Shown: positions 52,427-63,928, numbered from the stretch's first letter. The stretch is 64,000 nucleotides of DNA from Syntrophales bacterium (GCA_963662405.2 CAXXKT010000001.1:416001-480000), one strand, 5' to 3'. The notes: a model not told the origin generated them from the sequence alone. Program-made: numbers and translations.

Positions 52427-53863
52427 ATGAACCGGGAATCGGGAACCCTGTCTCAAAGATACGGGACGGCGGGAGAAATCTTCCACCGCCAGCGGACGGC
52501 CTGTCGGGAAAAACCGTATCCGTCGCTCGCCGAACGTCTCGACGCACTCGAAAAACTGGAACATATCCTGGTGGACAACCAGGAGGAGATCGCCCACGCC
52601 GTATCGGCGGATTTCGGAAACCGTTCCCTCCACGAGACCAAGATCCTCGAGATCTTTCCCGCCGTGTCCGGTCTGCGCCATACACGCCGCAAACTGAAGA
52701 AATGGATGAAGACACAGAGGCGGCATGTGGCGGTGACATTCTGGGGAGGGCATAACCGGGTCATTCCCCAGCCGAAAGGCGTCGTCGGGATCATCGCCCC
52801 CTGGAATTACCCCCTTTTCCTGGTGATCAGCCCTCTGACCAGTGCCCTGGCCGCGGGGAACCGGTGCATGATCAAGATGGCGGCGAATTCGCAACGTCTC
52901 TGCAGTCTCCTTGACCGCCTCTTTTCCGAGGTATTCGACGACGATCACATCGCGATCCTCCCCGGGGTTTCCGCCGGCGACTTCACCCCCCTCCCCTTCG
53001 ATCACCTGATCTTCACGGGGTCGCCCGCGTCCGGGCGGACCGTGATGCAGACCGCCGCCGCGCACCTGACCCCCGTGACCCTCGAACTGGGGGGGAAATC
53101 ACCCACCATCGTCTGCGGTGATTTCGATATCAAGACCGCCGCGGAGCGCATCCTCTACGGGAAGTTCATAAACGCGGGGCAGACCTGCATCGCCCCGGAC
53201 TATCTCTTTCTCCCGGAGGGGATGGCGAATGATTTCGCGGCATCGGCCAAAGCGATCATGCCGCGACGGTACCCCGATATCGCATCCGTCGACTATAGCT
53301 CCATCATAGACGGCGCAAGCTACGACCGTCTCATGGCGGCCCTTGACGATGCCCGCTCGAATGGTGCCACGGTGGTCGATCTGATCCCCGGCCGCGAATC
53401 GGACGAAGGACTCCGGAAGATCCAGCCGACGCTCGTTCTCAATGTCACGGAAGAGATGGAGCTGATGCAGAGGGAGATCTTCGGCCCCATACTCCCCATC
53501 AAAACCTATAGAGATATCGGCGAGTGTATCGCGTACATCAACGCGCACGAACGGCCGCTTGCCCTGTACCTCTTTACGAACGACCGAATCGTTCGGAGAA
53601 AAATATTGACGAATACCCTGTCGGGGGGAGTGTGCGTGAACGACTGTATGATGCACGTTGCCCAGCATGACCTCCCCTTCGGAGGGATCGGCAACAGCGG
53701 CATGGGGCAGTATCACGGCTACGAGGGGTTTCTGGAGTTTTCCAAGCTCCGACCCGTATTCATACAGGCCGCCAGGCCCCTCGCCTCGTCTCTCCTCTCT
53801 CCTCCCTACGGGAAGACCTTTACGAGGATGTATGACCGGCTCATCAGGCTGCGGTGGCTGTAG
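52427..53863 (+). CDS. Aldehyde dehydrogenase (coniferyl aldehyde dehydrogenase-like)
   Basis: PWNYP, FTGS, LELGGKSP, NAGQTCIAPDY, EIFGP. Confidence 0.93.
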   Translation: MNRESGTLSQRYGTAGEIFHRQRTACREKPYPSLAERLDALEKLEHILVDNQEEIAHAVSADFGNRSLHETKILEIFPAVSGLRHTRRKLKKWMKTQRRHVAVTFWGGHNRVIPQPKGVVGIIAPWNYPLFLVISPLTSALAAGNRCMIKMAANSQRLCSLLDRLFSEVFDDDHIAILPGVSAGDFTPLPFDHLIFTGSPASGRTVMQTAAAHLTPVTLELGGKSPTIVCGDFDIKTAAERILYGKFINAGQTCIAPDYLFLPEGMANDFAASAKAIMPRRYPDIASVDYSSIIDGASYDRLMAALDDARSNGATVVDLIPGRESDEGLRKIQPTLVLNVTEEMELMQREIFGPILPIKTYRDIGECIAYINAHERPLALYLFTNDRIVRRKILTNTLSGGVCVNDCMMHVAQHDLPFGGIGNSGMGQYHGYEGFLEFSKLRPVFIQAARPLASSLLSPPYGKTFTRMYDRLIRLRWL

Positions 53864-53879
53864 CTGATATACGGGGCGA

Positions 53880-54701
53880 TTATTCCCGGGACAGAAAGGC
53901 CTCTATCTCTTCCGAGGCCCGGGCGATGAGATCGCCGCAGGCACGCTCGTCTCTCACGGGATCGCCGCTCCGCCCCCAAATGAAGGGAAAGGCTGAAACC
54001 GCTGCACCGAATACCCCTGCCAGGAGGGCAATGGTCGCCCCCTTCCGGGCCTCCACTTTCCGGCGTTCGCCGTAACTGTCTCCTCCCGCCTCATTGAAGC
54101 CGAAGTCGTCGACAAGCAGGACACGTCGAAACGCATCCAATCGCAACGTTTCCCGGATATATTCCCAGAACGGGCGGTCCGCCTTGTGCGCCCCCACATC
54201 GGCGGAGCTGGCAACGACAAAGGAAGGAGATGTACCGGAGGCATCCGTCACCGGTATCGCCCCGATACCCATCTCCCCGAGGGACCGGACGAGATAGGCG
54301 GTCGCCTCCGCGTAGTGGTCGGTGGCGATCACCACCATGACGGAGGGTTCTTCCGTCAGTCTTTTGAGAACAGGGTTCCACCGCCCGTCGATGGATGAAT
54401 GGGTCAGGTACCTGTCGACGAACCGCGCGGCGGCGTCCCGTATCCGGGCTTCCGGGAGGTCGGGAGTAAACAGATCCCTGACCCGCCGGACGATCATCTC
54501 CGCGTAACCGGCGGTGGTGGTGCTCCCCTCTTCCCAGGTGGGGTTGACGATCTCCTTCCAGAAGGTCCCGGGGGTGGCGACCCCGAGAGCGGCAAGACCG
54601 CTCCGTTCCAGTTCCCGTTTCAGGTTCTCGTCTTCCCCGAACCGGACGGCTTCGGGGCTGAGTGTCCCCGACCAGTCGAATATGATTATCTTCTCAATCA
54701 T
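53880..54701 (-). CDS. HAD-like hydrolase
   Basis: IIFDWSGTL motif I variant, K, LVDD. Confidence 0.65.
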   Translation of the reverse strand: MIEKIIIFDWSGTLSPEAVRFGEDENLKRELERSGLAALGVATPGTFWKEIVNPTWEEGSTTTAGYAEMIVRRVRDLFTPDLPEARIRDAAARFVDRYLTHSSIDGRWNPVLKRLTEEPSVMVVIATDHYAEATAYLVRSLGEMGIGAIPVTDASGTSPSFVVASSADVGAHKADRPFWEYIRETLRLDAFRRVLLVDDFGFNEAGGDSYGERRKVEARKGATIALLAGVFGAAVSAFPFIWGRSGDPVRDERACGDLIARASEEIEAFLSRE

Positions 54702-54863
54702 CCCGGGAAAGATAGCACAAAAAGAATCCCGATTGCCATACCCCGCTTCAAAATTTTCGTGAGAGGAGATCTGCCTCGGAGCGATTTCCGGCAACGCATT
54801 GCCGGACCAGCCGGAGGAGATTGACAAAGCGCGGATCTTTATGTAAGAGGCGCAGGGAGATAT

Positions 54864-54955
54864 AAGGGATGGGTTCTTTCCGCCACGGATGATCAGCACC
54901 GGACCGTGTCGATACAGGCAACATGACAGAAATATGAGTGACTGATAACGCCATG
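54864..54955 (+). promoter_or_regulatory. Candidate degenerate fluoride (crcB) riboswitch
   Basis: AGGGATGG-GTTCTTT ... ACCG ... GACTGATAACGCC; one base missing from the pseudoknot 5' strand. Confidence 0.35.
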
Positions 54956-55681
54956 CTAAATCTCAAACAGAATCGAGATCTTACGGAAACCGCTTCCGAC
55001 GGATCTTTGCTGCGGCTCTCCGACGGAGAGGTCCACTTTCTGTGGTGGTTTATACAGGGCGGCATCATGCGTCCGGCAATCCGGCGGCGGCTGCGGAAGG
55101 GGTGGGGTATGTGCGAACGGCACGCCTGGGGCTGGATCTCAGCGGAGGCGGCCTTCAGAAAGGGATATATGCACGGGCCGGCGGTCCTCTACAAAGACCT
55201 GATGAATCGGGCACAAGCCGCCTTTGCCATCCGTGGTCCCCTTCAGGAGTGGAGAACCCTGAGGACTGTGCGGACACGAGGGCCCTGCCTCATGTGCACC
55301 ATGAAATATGACTCTCACAGCAGGGGGTTCATGAAAGCGGAGCACGCGCTGATCGGCCGGGACCTCGGCGCGCTTCAGGACCTGGCCGCGAGAACCGCTC
55401 CGTACTGGGGAAAGGCCCTGTGCGGCCGGTGTGCCGGCACCGATTCGCCCCAGAGGTGCCGCAGGCATCTGGTGGAAGAACTGTCACGGGGTGAGATCAC
55501 GGACCTGTCGCCCCACGTCTCCCTCGTCAATCATATAGAGACGCATATGAGGATGTATAACCGTTCTTTCTGTCACGGATACCATGGAACCGATACCGAT
55601 GAGGACCGGGCCGCCCTGATCAGTGCCGTGGGCTGGTGCTCCGGATGGAAGACACTGCTCTCCATCGTCGAGGCAACCTGA
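54938..55681 (+). CDS. Cys/His-rich hypothetical protein, probably metal-binding (ATG at 54953 also possible)
   Basis: CERH, CLMC, CGRC and CRRH motifs. Confidence 0.7.
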   Translation: MTDNAMLNLKQNRDLTETASDGSLLRLSDGEVHFLWWFIQGGIMRPAIRRRLRKGWGMCERHAWGWISAEAAFRKGYMHGPAVLYKDLMNRAQAAFAIRGPLQEWRTLRTVRTRGPCLMCTMKYDSHSRGFMKAEHALIGRDLGALQDLAARTAPYWGKALCGRCAGTDSPQRCRRHLVEELSRGEITDLSPHVSLVNHIETHMRMYNRSFCHGYHGTDTDEDRAALISAVGWCSGWKTLLSIVEAT

Positions 55682-55724
55682 ACTCTCGTTTTTAACCATT
55701 GATCCCGCAAAAAACCGTCTCGCG

Positions 55725-56343
55725 TCACCGTCCCCCTATCAGGTCAGCCAGTTCCCGGGATACCGCCTCGGGGTCGTCCGCGGCACATATGGCGGAGACC
55801 ACGGCGAGACAGTCGCCACCCGCCGCAACCACCTGCGCCGCGTTAGCGGGACTGATCCCCCCGATGGCGACGAGGGGGGTGGCGGGAGAAGGCCTTGATC
55901 CGGGCCAGGCCGTCGAGACCCCAGGCCCCCTTCGTGTCGGTCTTGGTGGGGGTCGCGAAGACGGGGCTGACACCGATGTAATCGCAGTCGAGCCCTTCGG
56001 CCTCCTCCACATCTTCCCATGTCTCCACCGACAGGCCGACGATTGCGCCGGGCCCCATCAGGGAACGGGCCATCTTATAGGGCATGTCGTCCTGCCCCAC
56101 GTGCACCCCCTCGGCCCCGATCGCGAGGGCCACGTCGACGCGGTCGTTGATGATCAATGGGACGCGGAACGTCGCGAGGATCTCCTTGATCCGCAGGGCC
56201 TCCTCGATGAATTCCCGCGTGGTCTGATCCTTCTCACGGATCTGTACGTATCGCGCGCCGCCCTTTACGGAACGCTCTACGACCTCTTCCAGCGGCCTTC
56301 CCCCGCACAGGGCGCGGTCGGTGACCAGATACAATCCCTTCAT
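55725..56343 (-). CDS. thiE: Thiamine-phosphate synthase, frameshift near 55875
   Basis: [35 protein letters not shown]. Confidence 0.93.
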
Positions 56344-57152
56344 GACACCACCTCTATCCTGAGCCGCTCCTTCAGGTCCTCTTCCGAGAGGCGGTAGAGG
56401 GTGTCCAGGAAGGCAACCTGCAGGCTCCCCGGCCCCTCGGAAGACCCGGCGGCGATCTCTCCGGCGACCCCCATCACCGCCATTGCCCCCACGGCGGCGG
56501 CAGAAAAGGAACGATTCACGGCGGCAAAGGCCCCGCACAGGGCGGTGGCCGTGCACCCCAGACCGGTCACCCGCGGCATCATGGGGTGACCGTTTTCGAC
56601 CTGTATCACGCCATTATCGTCCACGATATAGTCCACCTCGCCGCTGATGCAGACGGTGCACCCCGTCTCACCGTTCAGACGGCGGGCCGCCTCCAGCGCG
56701 GCCGCTGAGGGGTCGGCGCTGTCCACCCCCTTCGTCTTCGCCCCGTGCGCTACAAGGGCCATGATCTCCGAGGCATTTCCACGGACGATCGACGGGGGGA
56801 CGTACGCGATGAGGTCCCGGGCCGTCTTCGTCCGGTATGCGGTGGCACCAACCCCGACGGGATCGATAACCAGCGGTATTCCCAAGTCACGTGCCCTTCC
56901 GGCGGCCTTGAACATCGCCGCCACCCACGACCGGCTCAGGGTCCCGATATTGATCACCAGGGCCCCGGCGATCCCCGTCATCTCTTCCACCTCCTCCTCG
57001 GCGTGCGCCATGACCGGGGAGCCCCCCAGTGCCAGGAGGGCATTGGCGGTCGTGTTCATCACCACATAGTTGGTGATGTTGTGGACCAGGGGGGCCTGCT
57101 CCCTGATCCGTGCGATATCTCCGTAGATGCTCCTTGCTGATATATCCATCAT
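56340..57152 (-). CDS. thiM: Hydroxyethylthiazole kinase
   Basis: [33 protein letters not shown]. Confidence 0.95.
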   Translation of the reverse strand: MMDISARSIYGDIARIREQAPLVHNITNYVVMNTTANALLALGGSPVMAHAEEEVEEMTGIAGALVINIGTLSRSWVAAMFKAAGRARDLGIPLVIDPVGVGATAYRTKTARDLIAYVPPSIVRGNASEIMALVAHGAKTKGVDSADPSAAALEAARRLNGETGCTVCISGEVDYIVDDNGVIQVENGHPMMPRVTGLGCTATALCGAFAAVNRSFSAAAVGAMAVMGVAGEIAAGSSEGPGSLQVAFLDTLYRLSEEDLKERLRIEVVS

Positions 57153-57160
57153 AGGTTCTC

Positions 57161-58105
57161 CTATCTCCCCAGGACGACGGTGACGTCGACCTTCTGTTCG
57201 ATGAGACCGTACCGGAGGGCGAAGTCCGCAAATTCCTGCCACTTGTCCTGGTCGCACCCCTGGCTGTGGGCGTAGAGGGGACGGGTAATCTCGAAGGCCT
57301 TTTTCTCCATCTCTCGCGGGGCATCCGGGACGGCGGCAAAGTATGAGGCAAGGGCCTTCCCCGGGTCCTTCCTCGTCCGGGCAATGGCGCGGTCCACCGC
57401 GCGGGCGAAGCCCGTGAGGACCGCTCCCCGTTCCTGTGCCGTGTGCGTACCGCTGATAAAGACCAGCTCGTCGTAGTCCGGGATCCCCCACTCGTTCAGT
57501 TCGAAGTACCCGGCCCGGTATCCCTTCTCCTCGAGTTCCACCACCTCGTAGTTCTTGTAGGGGCCCATGATCGCGTCCACCTTCGCCGCCACCAGGGACT
57601 GGACGATGGCGAACCCCACGTTGATCGGCTCGTAGTCCTTGATCCCGTTGATCTTCGCGAAGGCCTCCGCCAGGACGTCCATCATCCCGGGGACGGTGTA
57701 TCCGATCTTCTTCCCTTCCAGATCGGCCGGCTTTTCGATCCCCTTCCCCTCAAGAAAGAGGAGGACGCTGAGGGGGTGTTCCACCAGCCGCCCGACGACC
57801 CGGATCTTCAGGCCGACTGAGGCGCCGATGATCACCTGCGGTTCATACGAAACGGCGATATCGACGTTCCCCGACGCGGCGAGCTTCAGGGCGTCCGTGG
57901 TGGATGACGGGGTCAGGATCTCAACCTCGATCCCCTCATCGGCAAAGAGCCCCTCCTGCTGGGCCACATACAGCGGGAGATGATCGATATTGGGAAACCA
58001 GTCGAGCATGACGGTCACCTTCTCCGCCGCGCAGAGGGGATGGGCAACCAGCAGAGACAGCAATACCAGCGCCATCGCTACAACCATTGTGAGACTTCTT
58101 TTCAT
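57161..58105 (-). CDS. thiY: ThiY/NMT1-like ABC substrate-binding protein
   Basis: LDWFPN.DH, SYEP, PDYDELV; signal peptide. Confidence 0.85.
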   Translation of the reverse strand: MKRSLTMVVAMALVLLSLLVAHPLCAAEKVTVMLDWFPNIDHLPLYVAQQEGLFADEGIEVEILTPSSTTDALKLAASGNVDIAVSYEPQVIIGASVGLKIRVVGRLVEHPLSVLLFLEGKGIEKPADLEGKKIGYTVPGMMDVLAEAFAKINGIKDYEPINVGFAIVQSLVAAKVDAIMGPYKNYEVVELEEKGYRAGYFELNEWGIPDYDELVFISGTHTAQERGAVLTGFARAVDRAIARTRKDPGKALASYFAAVPDAPREMEKKAFEITRPLYAHSQGCDQDKWQEFADFALRYGLIEQKVDVTVVLGR

Positions 58106-58122
58106 TTCTTCTCTCTTCCTTT

Positions 58123-58861
58123 CTATTTCCAATCGATAACCTTCTTTTCAAGAAGACCGACACAGGCCCACAGGGCGAGTCCCATGGCGGACAGCCACAC
58201 GATCGCCGCGAAGACCAAAGAGACCTGGAGCCTGGCGTTGGCCTGTATCATCAGGTACCCCAGCCCCTTCTGCGCCCCCACCCATTCCCCGATGACCGCC
58301 CCGATCGTGGCGACGGTAACCCCCACCTTCAGACCGGAGAAGAAGTAGGGAAGCGCCCAGGGCCAGTAGAGGAGGCGCATCTTCTGCCGGAACCCCGCCC
58401 CCATCAGATCGAAGAAGACGGCATGTTCACGGTCGCAGTTCTTGTATCCCTCGAGGAGACTGACCGTGATGGGGAAAAAAATAATGATCGCCGCCATCAG
58501 GACCTTGCTGGCGAGACCGTACCCCAGCCAGACCACCAGGAGGGGGGCCAGCGCAAATACCGGTACCGCCTGGGAAGCAACAAGAAAGGGCGACAAGGCC
58601 CGCTCAACCGACGGGAAAGCGAACATTCCCGTCGCGAGGGGAATGGCGATCAGGAGGGACAGGACAATCCCCGCAACGATCTCCAGGGCGGTCACCCCCC
58701 GCGTGGGGAAGGAGCAGCGGCGCTTTGACGATCGTCGTCTCTATCACCGCGGTGGGGGGAGGGAGGATGAAATCGGGCACGGCAAACCACCGGCAGGCAC
58801 CCTCCCATATCACGATGACGACGGCGACCAGCGCCAGGGATATCCAGTTAGATCGTCTCAT
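58123..58861 (-). CDS. thiX: ABC permease (ThiX-like), frameshift near 58697
   Basis: ILPPP, QAVP.FALAP, GAVIGEW.GA..GLG. Confidence 0.85.
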
Positions 58862-59591
58862 GGATGTCTCCCTCCAGTTCATCGAGGACATGCTCCCTGA
58901 TCCTCAGGAGGTCGGGGTTGGTGCTCCGCCCCGCCTTCGGCATATCCAGGACAAACCGTTCCCTCACCCGCATGGGCAGGGGGGTCAGGACCAGCAATTC
59001 ATCGGAAAGGAGGAGGGCCTCCTCGATGTCGTGCGTAATCATCAGTATGGTCTTCTTGAATTCGCTCTGGAGGAGCAGAAGCAGTCCCTGGAGTCCCCTG
59101 CGGGTGATGGCGTCCAGAGAAGAAAGGGGCTCGTCCAGGAGGACCAGTTCGTGCTCGAACATCAGGGTCCGGACCAGGGCGCAGCGCTGCCGCATCCCGC
59201 CGGATACCTTCGCCGGGGTGTACCCCTCGAAGCCGTCGAGTTCCAGTCGCCGGAAAAGGGACAGGACTTTTCCCCGGGATTCATCCGGATCGCCGCCGGC
59301 GATCTTCGCCGGGAGGATGGCGTTGTCGAGGAGGGAAAGCCACGGGAGAAGCAGGTCCTTCTGCTGCATGTACGCCGCCCGCCCCATCAGGTGAGGAACC
59401 GCTTCCCCCAGCCAGGAGATCCTCCCGCCGTCCTTGGGGAAGACCCCCGTGAGGATGTCGAAGAGGGTACTCTTCCCGCAACCGGAAGGCCCGATCAGGG
59501 TCGTGAAACCGCCCCGGCGGAGGGTCAGATCGAAACCGTCCATCACCGAAAGGTCCTCGAATCTCTTTGTCAGCCCCGAAACCGAAAGCAT
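58848..59591 (-). CDS. thiZ: ABC ATPase (ThiZ-like)
   Basis: GPSGCGKST, SGGMRQR, LLDEP. Confidence 0.88.
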   Translation of the reverse strand: MLSVSGLTKRFEDLSVMDGFDLTLRRGGFTTLIGPSGCGKSTLFDILTGVFPKDGGRISWLGEAVPHLMGRAAYMQQKDLLLPWLSLLDNAILPAKIAGGDPDESRGKVLSLFRRLELDGFEGYTPAKVSGGMRQRCALVRTLMFEHELVLLDEPLSSLDAITRRGLQGLLLLLQSEFKKTILMITHDIEEALLLSDELLVLTPLPMRVRERFVLDMPKAGRSTNPDLLRIREHVLDELEGDIHETI

Positions 59592-59620
59592 GCTACACCG
59601 CTCCCGATCCGCCTGGTCAC

Positions 59621-60907
59621 TCAGGCGAACCGTTTTTCTTTCTTCCCCAGTTTGATGGCGCAGAATTCACCGCACATGGTGCATCCCTCTTCCTGTGCGC
59701 GCGTGCTCCTCTCGAGGAACGCCCCGGCCTTCTCCGGATCAAGGGCCGTTTTTACCTGCCCGTCCCAGTCGAATCCTTTGCGATACCGCGCCATGAGGAG
59801 ATCCTGTTCGAACGCACCGGGGACACCCTTGGCAATATCGGCGATGTGGGCGGCGATCTTCGATGCGACCGTCCCCTCTCTGACATCTTCCAATGTGGGA
59901 AGCCTCAGATGTTCCGCTGGGGTCACGTAGCAGAGAAAATCCGCGCCGGCCGATCCGGCGATGGCACCGCCGATGGCCGCCGTTATATGATCGTACCCGG
60001 GGGCTATGTCCGTCGGAAGCGGGCCCAGGACGTAAAAAGGGGCCCCGTGGCAGAGGCTCTTCTGTAGCCTCATGTTCGCCTCGATATCCCGGATGGGGAC
60101 ATGTCCCGGCCCCTCGATCATGACCTGGACACCGCAGGCCCGCGCCCTGTCGGTCAGTTCGCCCAGGAGGATCAGCTCCTGGATCTGTCCCCGGTCCGTC
60201 GCATCCGCGATACATCCCGGCCGCAGACCGTCGCCGAGGCTCAGGACCATGTCATAACGGGCAGCAATCTCACACAGCCTGTCAAAATCTGCATAGAGGG
60301 GGTTTTCCCTCTCATTGTAACGCATCCATCGCTCAAGGATCGACCCTCCCCTGCTGACGATGCCCAGGACACGTCCTTCCTCTTCTATACAAGCAACACT
60401 CCGTCGCGTCACCCCGCAGTGGACGGTAATAAAATCAACCCCATCCTTCCCGTTTTCCTCTATGGCTTCGAAGAGATCATCCGCGGTCATCTCGACGATC
60501 GCCTTTTCCTCTTCCACCATCTTTGTGGCGACCTGATATATGGGAACGGTCCCGACGATCAGCGAGGTCCGCTTGATGATCTCCTTCCGGACCTTCCCCA
60601 CATCGCCCCCCGTGGACAGGTCCATGATCGCGTCCGAGCCGGCGGATTCCGCCACCCCGACCTTTTCGAGCTCCCGTTTCAGGTTCGCATGATCGCCGGA
60701 GGTCCCGATATTGACGTTGATCTTTGTGGTGAGCCCCTTCCCGATGGCGACAGGGAGGATCGAGGCATGTCCGTTGTTTCGGACCACCACAATGGTCCCC
60801 TCCTCAACTCCCGCTCGCACACACTCGGGGGGGACATGCTCCCGCCGGGCGCATATCTCCATTTCTTCCGATATCCGGCCCCTTTGTGCCATCTCGAGTT
60901 GAGTCAT
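59621..60907 (-). CDS. thiC: Phosphomethylpyrimidine synthase (short anaerobe type)
   Basis: [33 protein letters not shown]. Confidence 0.97.
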   Translation of the reverse strand: MTQLEMAQRGRISEEMEICARREHVPPECVRAGVEEGTIVVVRNNGHASILPVAIGKGLTTKINVNIGTSGDHANLKRELEKVGVAESAGSDAIMDLSTGGDVGKVRKEIIKRTSLIVGTVPIYQVATKMVEEEKAIVEMTADDLFEAIEENGKDGVDFITVHCGVTRRSVACIEEEGRVLGIVSRGGSILERWMRYNERENPLYADFDRLCEIAARYDMVLSLGDGLRPGCIADATDRGQIQELILLGELTDRARACGVQVMIEGPGHVPIRDIEANMRLQKSLCHGAPFYVLGPLPTDIAPGYDHITAAIGGAIAGSAGADFLCYVTPAEHLRLPTLEDVREGTVASKIAAHIADIAKGVPGAFEQDLLMARYRKGFDWDGQVKTALDPEKAGAFLERSTRAQEEGCTMCGEFCAIKLGKKEKRFA

Positions 60908-61710
60908 CCTTCCATCCCTCTCGAACCTGTCCGCCCCCCCGCCCCAAGAATGAGGTCCGCCACCTTCTTTCCGGAAAGCAGCATCCCCCCGAATATGGGT
61001 CCCATGCGCGGACCACCGAACGCCGCATTGGCCGCCATCCCGGTAACGAAGACCCCGGGACAGATCTCTTTCGTATTGTCAATCGTCAACCGTTCCGCCT
61101 TGTCGGCCCACATGGAACGCTCACCCAGTATCTTTCCCGTCGGCGTATTCAAAACAACATCGGCCTTCCGTTCGATCACATGCAGCACCTCGGTCGCATG
61201 TCCCGTTGCATCGATGACGTACCTTGCAGCAATGGAAAGGGGATCCACATGCAGACCCGCCATCTCCACCGGGGACCACGTGACGACGAGCCCGGTCACC
61301 CGCCCCTCACGAATGATCACATCCTCCACGCTCATACAATTGAACACCTTCGCACCGGCCTTCATGGCGCGGGAACAGATCGTGGTGACCGCTTCCACCG
61401 CATCGGCCGTGTAATACCCCGGTTCATACTCGCTCGTGCCGACATCGAAAAGGTCGAGGATTTCCTTCCCCTCTTCCTGGACAACGATTTCATTGAACAT
61501 CATGCCACCGCCCCACATCCCGCCGCCGATACTCAGCTTTCGTTCAAAGATGGCAACCTTTTGTCCGGCCTGCGCCAGAAAGTAGGCCGCTACGAGACCG
61601 GAAGGTCCCGCACCGACGATGGCCGTATCGATCTCGGTGTATGCGAGAAACTTCTCTGAAAATCGCTCAATAATTGCCTTCGTTATCACTACTTCACTCA
61701 ACTGCATCAT
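60904..61710 (-). CDS. thi4: Sulfide-dependent thiazole synthase Thi4
   Basis: [35 protein letters not shown]. Confidence 0.95.
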   Translation of the reverse strand: MMQLSEVVITKAIIERFSEKFLAYTEIDTAIVGAGPSGLVAAYFLAQAGQKVAIFERKLSIGGGMWGGGMMFNEIVVQEEGKEILDLFDVGTSEYEPGYYTADAVEAVTTICSRAMKAGAKVFNCMSVEDVIIREGRVTGLVVTWSPVEMAGLHVDPLSIAARYVIDATGHATEVLHVIERKADVVLNTPTGKILGERSMWADKAERLTIDNTKEICPGVFVTGMAANAAFGGPRMGPIFGGMLLSGKKVADLILGAGGRTGSRGMEG

Positions 61711-61740
61711 TCCCGCTCCTTATGGTATGGTGAGAGACCT

Positions 61741-63081
61741 TCACAGTTTCTTCGATATGCTCACAACCTTTTCGACAACCCGCGCCGGCGTTTGCCCCAG
61801 AACCCGGATCACCGGCTCCTTTCCCACCTCGCCGCGGTCAAAGATGGCATCAGGTATCGTTGAACGCCTCGCCAAAACCGCATTCGTCCCCCATTCAAGG
61901 GAAGATCCTTCCCTCTCCTTTATGTCCGCAGGCTCATCGGAGCGGCTGAAGCTGTCGATATCGTATCCCAGCTCCTCGCATCTTCGGAGGATATCCTCCG
62001 AAAACCGGATGTCCATCGCGGAACGGAACGCCCCGTCGAAGCGCATCACCGTCAGTACCACACCGGCGACATGGCTGGAGGCACCGAATTCCGGGTCATG
62101 GAGGGTCTCGACATCTTCGCCGACCCTGATGATCCTCCCCGGAATGGCCGCCACCTCACCCGCCTCACGGGCATCGGGGAGGGCAAAAACCAGATTGGAC
62201 TGTATCTCGGGTATGATATTGCCGCACCGTTCATCCTTGAGGACCCGGACGGCGTCTTTGAGGTCTCGGATGCACCGGTAGCGTTCGCTCTCCCGGAAGA
62301 CCCAGGCCATGTGGTTGGTGGGTCCGTGCCCGCCGCCGATGGGGAGGGCTGCCCGGATGGCCGCGGTTATGTACTCCTTCGCCCGGCTGACCGCCTCGTA
62401 GACATTCATCCCCTGTGCGAGCCCCGTGGCGATGGCGGCTGAAATGGTGCACCCCGTTCCGTGGGTGTTCTTCGTATCGATCCGTTCAGAGGTGAACCGG
62501 TGAAACCCCGTACCGTCGTACAGGACATCCAGGGCGTCTCCCGGCATGTGCCCCCCCTTCAGGAAGACGTTCCTCGCCCCCATTTCGTGGATGACCCGGG
62601 CCGCCTCCTCCATCTGCTCGACGGTGGTTATTGTCATCCCGGTCAGTTCCTCCGCCTCGGGGACATTGGGGGTGATCACGTAGGCCAGCGGCAGGAGCCG
62701 GTCGATCACGGTCTTCTTTGCCTCCTCGCGGATCAGCATCGCCCCTCCCTTGGCCACCATCACGGGGTCGATGACGAGTTTTTCTATCTCGTACTGCTCT
62801 ATCTTGCGGGCAACCATGTCCATGATCTCCGAGCTGGAGAGCATCCCCGTCTTCGCCGCATCGACACCGATGTCGGTCGCCACCGCGTCGAACTGCTTCT
62901 CGACAAAGTCGGGGGGAATCTCATGGATCCCGTGTACCCCGAGGGTATTCTGGGCGGTCAGGGCCGTGATCACGCTCATGCCGAACCCGCCGAGGGCCGT
63001 TATCGTCTTGAGGTCCGCCTGTATCCCGGCACCGCCGCCGGAATCGGACCCCGCTATCGTCAATACCTTTCCTACTACCAT
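61741..63081 (-). CDS. thiDN: ThiD-ThiN fusion (HMP-P kinase plus archaeal-type TMP synthase)
   Basis: GSDSGGGAGIQAD, THGTGC; C-terminal IPE..SN, FGASSHVA, GKEP. Confidence 0.93.
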   Translation of the reverse strand: MVVGKVLTIAGSDSGGGAGIQADLKTITALGGFGMSVITALTAQNTLGVHGIHEIPPDFVEKQFDAVATDIGVDAAKTGMLSSSEIMDMVARKIEQYEIEKLVIDPVMVAKGGAMLIREEAKKTVIDRLLPLAYVITPNVPEAEELTGMTITTVEQMEEAARVIHEMGARNVFLKGGHMPGDALDVLYDGTGFHRFTSERIDTKNTHGTGCTISAAIATGLAQGMNVYEAVSRAKEYITAAIRAALPIGGGHGPTNHMAWVFRESERYRCIRDLKDAVRVLKDERCGNIIPEIQSNLVFALPDAREAGEVAAIPGRIIRVGEDVETLHDPEFGASSHVAGVVLTVMRFDGAFRSAMDIRFSEDILRRCEELGYDIDSFSRSDEPADIKEREGSSLEWGTNAVLARRSTIPDAIFDRGEVGKEPVIRVLGQTPARVVEKVVSISKKL

Positions 63082-63116
63082 TTCATCTTCTCCTCATCCC
63101 TTCACAACGGGAAGGG

Positions 63117-63767
63117 TTATACTGTGAACTGCCGAACGACCAGAAGATACCCCGACTCCACCGCGATCGTCCCCCGCGCTCCTGCCAGCCGATTGCTGAT
63201 CCCGTAGGGAACACCGATCTCCATGACCGCGTCGGTGAGGGGGTATTCGAATCCCTCCAGCGTGATCCCTCTTCCTTCCGAAGACAGGGGCAGGAGGGAA
63301 ATCGTGTCCCCTTTCTTCCCTTCAACCACGCAGGGACCGTCGATAGCAAAGAGTTCGCAGTCCCTGTCTACGATCTTTGTATCGACCCCCCGTTTCCGGC
63401 ACATGACGAGGAGTGCAATGTTGGCCAGGGCGTGGTCGATCCGCCCCCCGAGGGCGCCGTATATCCGTATCTCCTCCGGCTCCATCTCGAAGGCGTGTAC
63501 GAGGGCGATCTGCGTGTCGGTCTCGTCCTTCTCGGCCGCATACCTGACGATCCGGCTTCCCTTTGATTCGAAATAGGTCAGCGTCTCTTCATCGACGGAG
63601 TCCATGTCCCCCACGATCAGATCGGGGACCCGATCGATAGATCGCATGATCTCGGCCGCCCCGTCGGTACAGATGATCAGCGGCTCACCGGCGCGTTCGA
63701 TCTGATCCGCGAGAAACCCGGCATCATCGATGACACCGTTCGATATGACAAAGACCATCTTTCTCAT
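63117..63767 (-). CDS. Thiamine pyrophosphokinase
   Basis: DG.A, GD.DS, EKDETD, GGRIDH, YGISN. Confidence 0.93.
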   Translation of the reverse strand: MRKMVFVISNGVIDDAGFLADQIERAGEPLIICTDGAAEIMRSIDRVPDLIVGDMDSVDEETLTYFESKGSRIVRYAAEKDETDTQIALVHAFEMEPEEIRIYGALGGRIDHALANIALLVMCRKRGVDTKIVDRDCELFAIDGPCVVEGKKGDTISLLPLSSEGRGITLEGFEYPLTDAVMEIGVPYGISNRLAGARGTIAVESGYLLVVRQFTV

Positions 63768-63791
63768 AGGGCGATCTCCTTCCCCCGTCAC

Positions 63792-63825
63792 AAACAAAAA
63801 GGCGTACCCGGTGTGGATACGCCCT
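63792..63825 (-). terminator. Expression-platform terminator of the TPP riboswitch
   Basis: GGCGTATCC-ACACC-GGGTACGCC-TTTTTGTTT. Confidence 0.85.
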
Positions 63826-63844
63826 CAAAAGATGATCGAATCTC

Positions 63845-63928
63845 TCTCCCTGCGCTGGCATTACCCAGATCCGGTTCAAAGGGTATTATCTCAGCCCGGG
63901 ATCGCCTTACCCCGAGCACCCCTGAATG
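63845..63928 (-). ncRNA. TPP riboswitch
   Basis: GGGGTGCT..GGCTGAGA..ACCCTTTGAACCGGATCTGGGTAATGCCAGCGCAGGGA upstream of the thi operon. Confidence 0.97.

Noticed and set aside
36037..58861. Frameshifts in argS, ffh, rsmI, thiE, thiX and the small Cys protein read as pseudogenes or programmed frameshifting
   Set aside because: They hit essential genes, mostly at short homopolymer runs, and coding continues intact in the next frame. This pattern fits long-read indel error; short-read polishing would confirm.
63781..63800. CCCCGTCACAAA shared between the TPP terminator tail and repeat copy 2
   Set aside because: Only 12 nt in low-complexity terminator tails and not present in the other copies.
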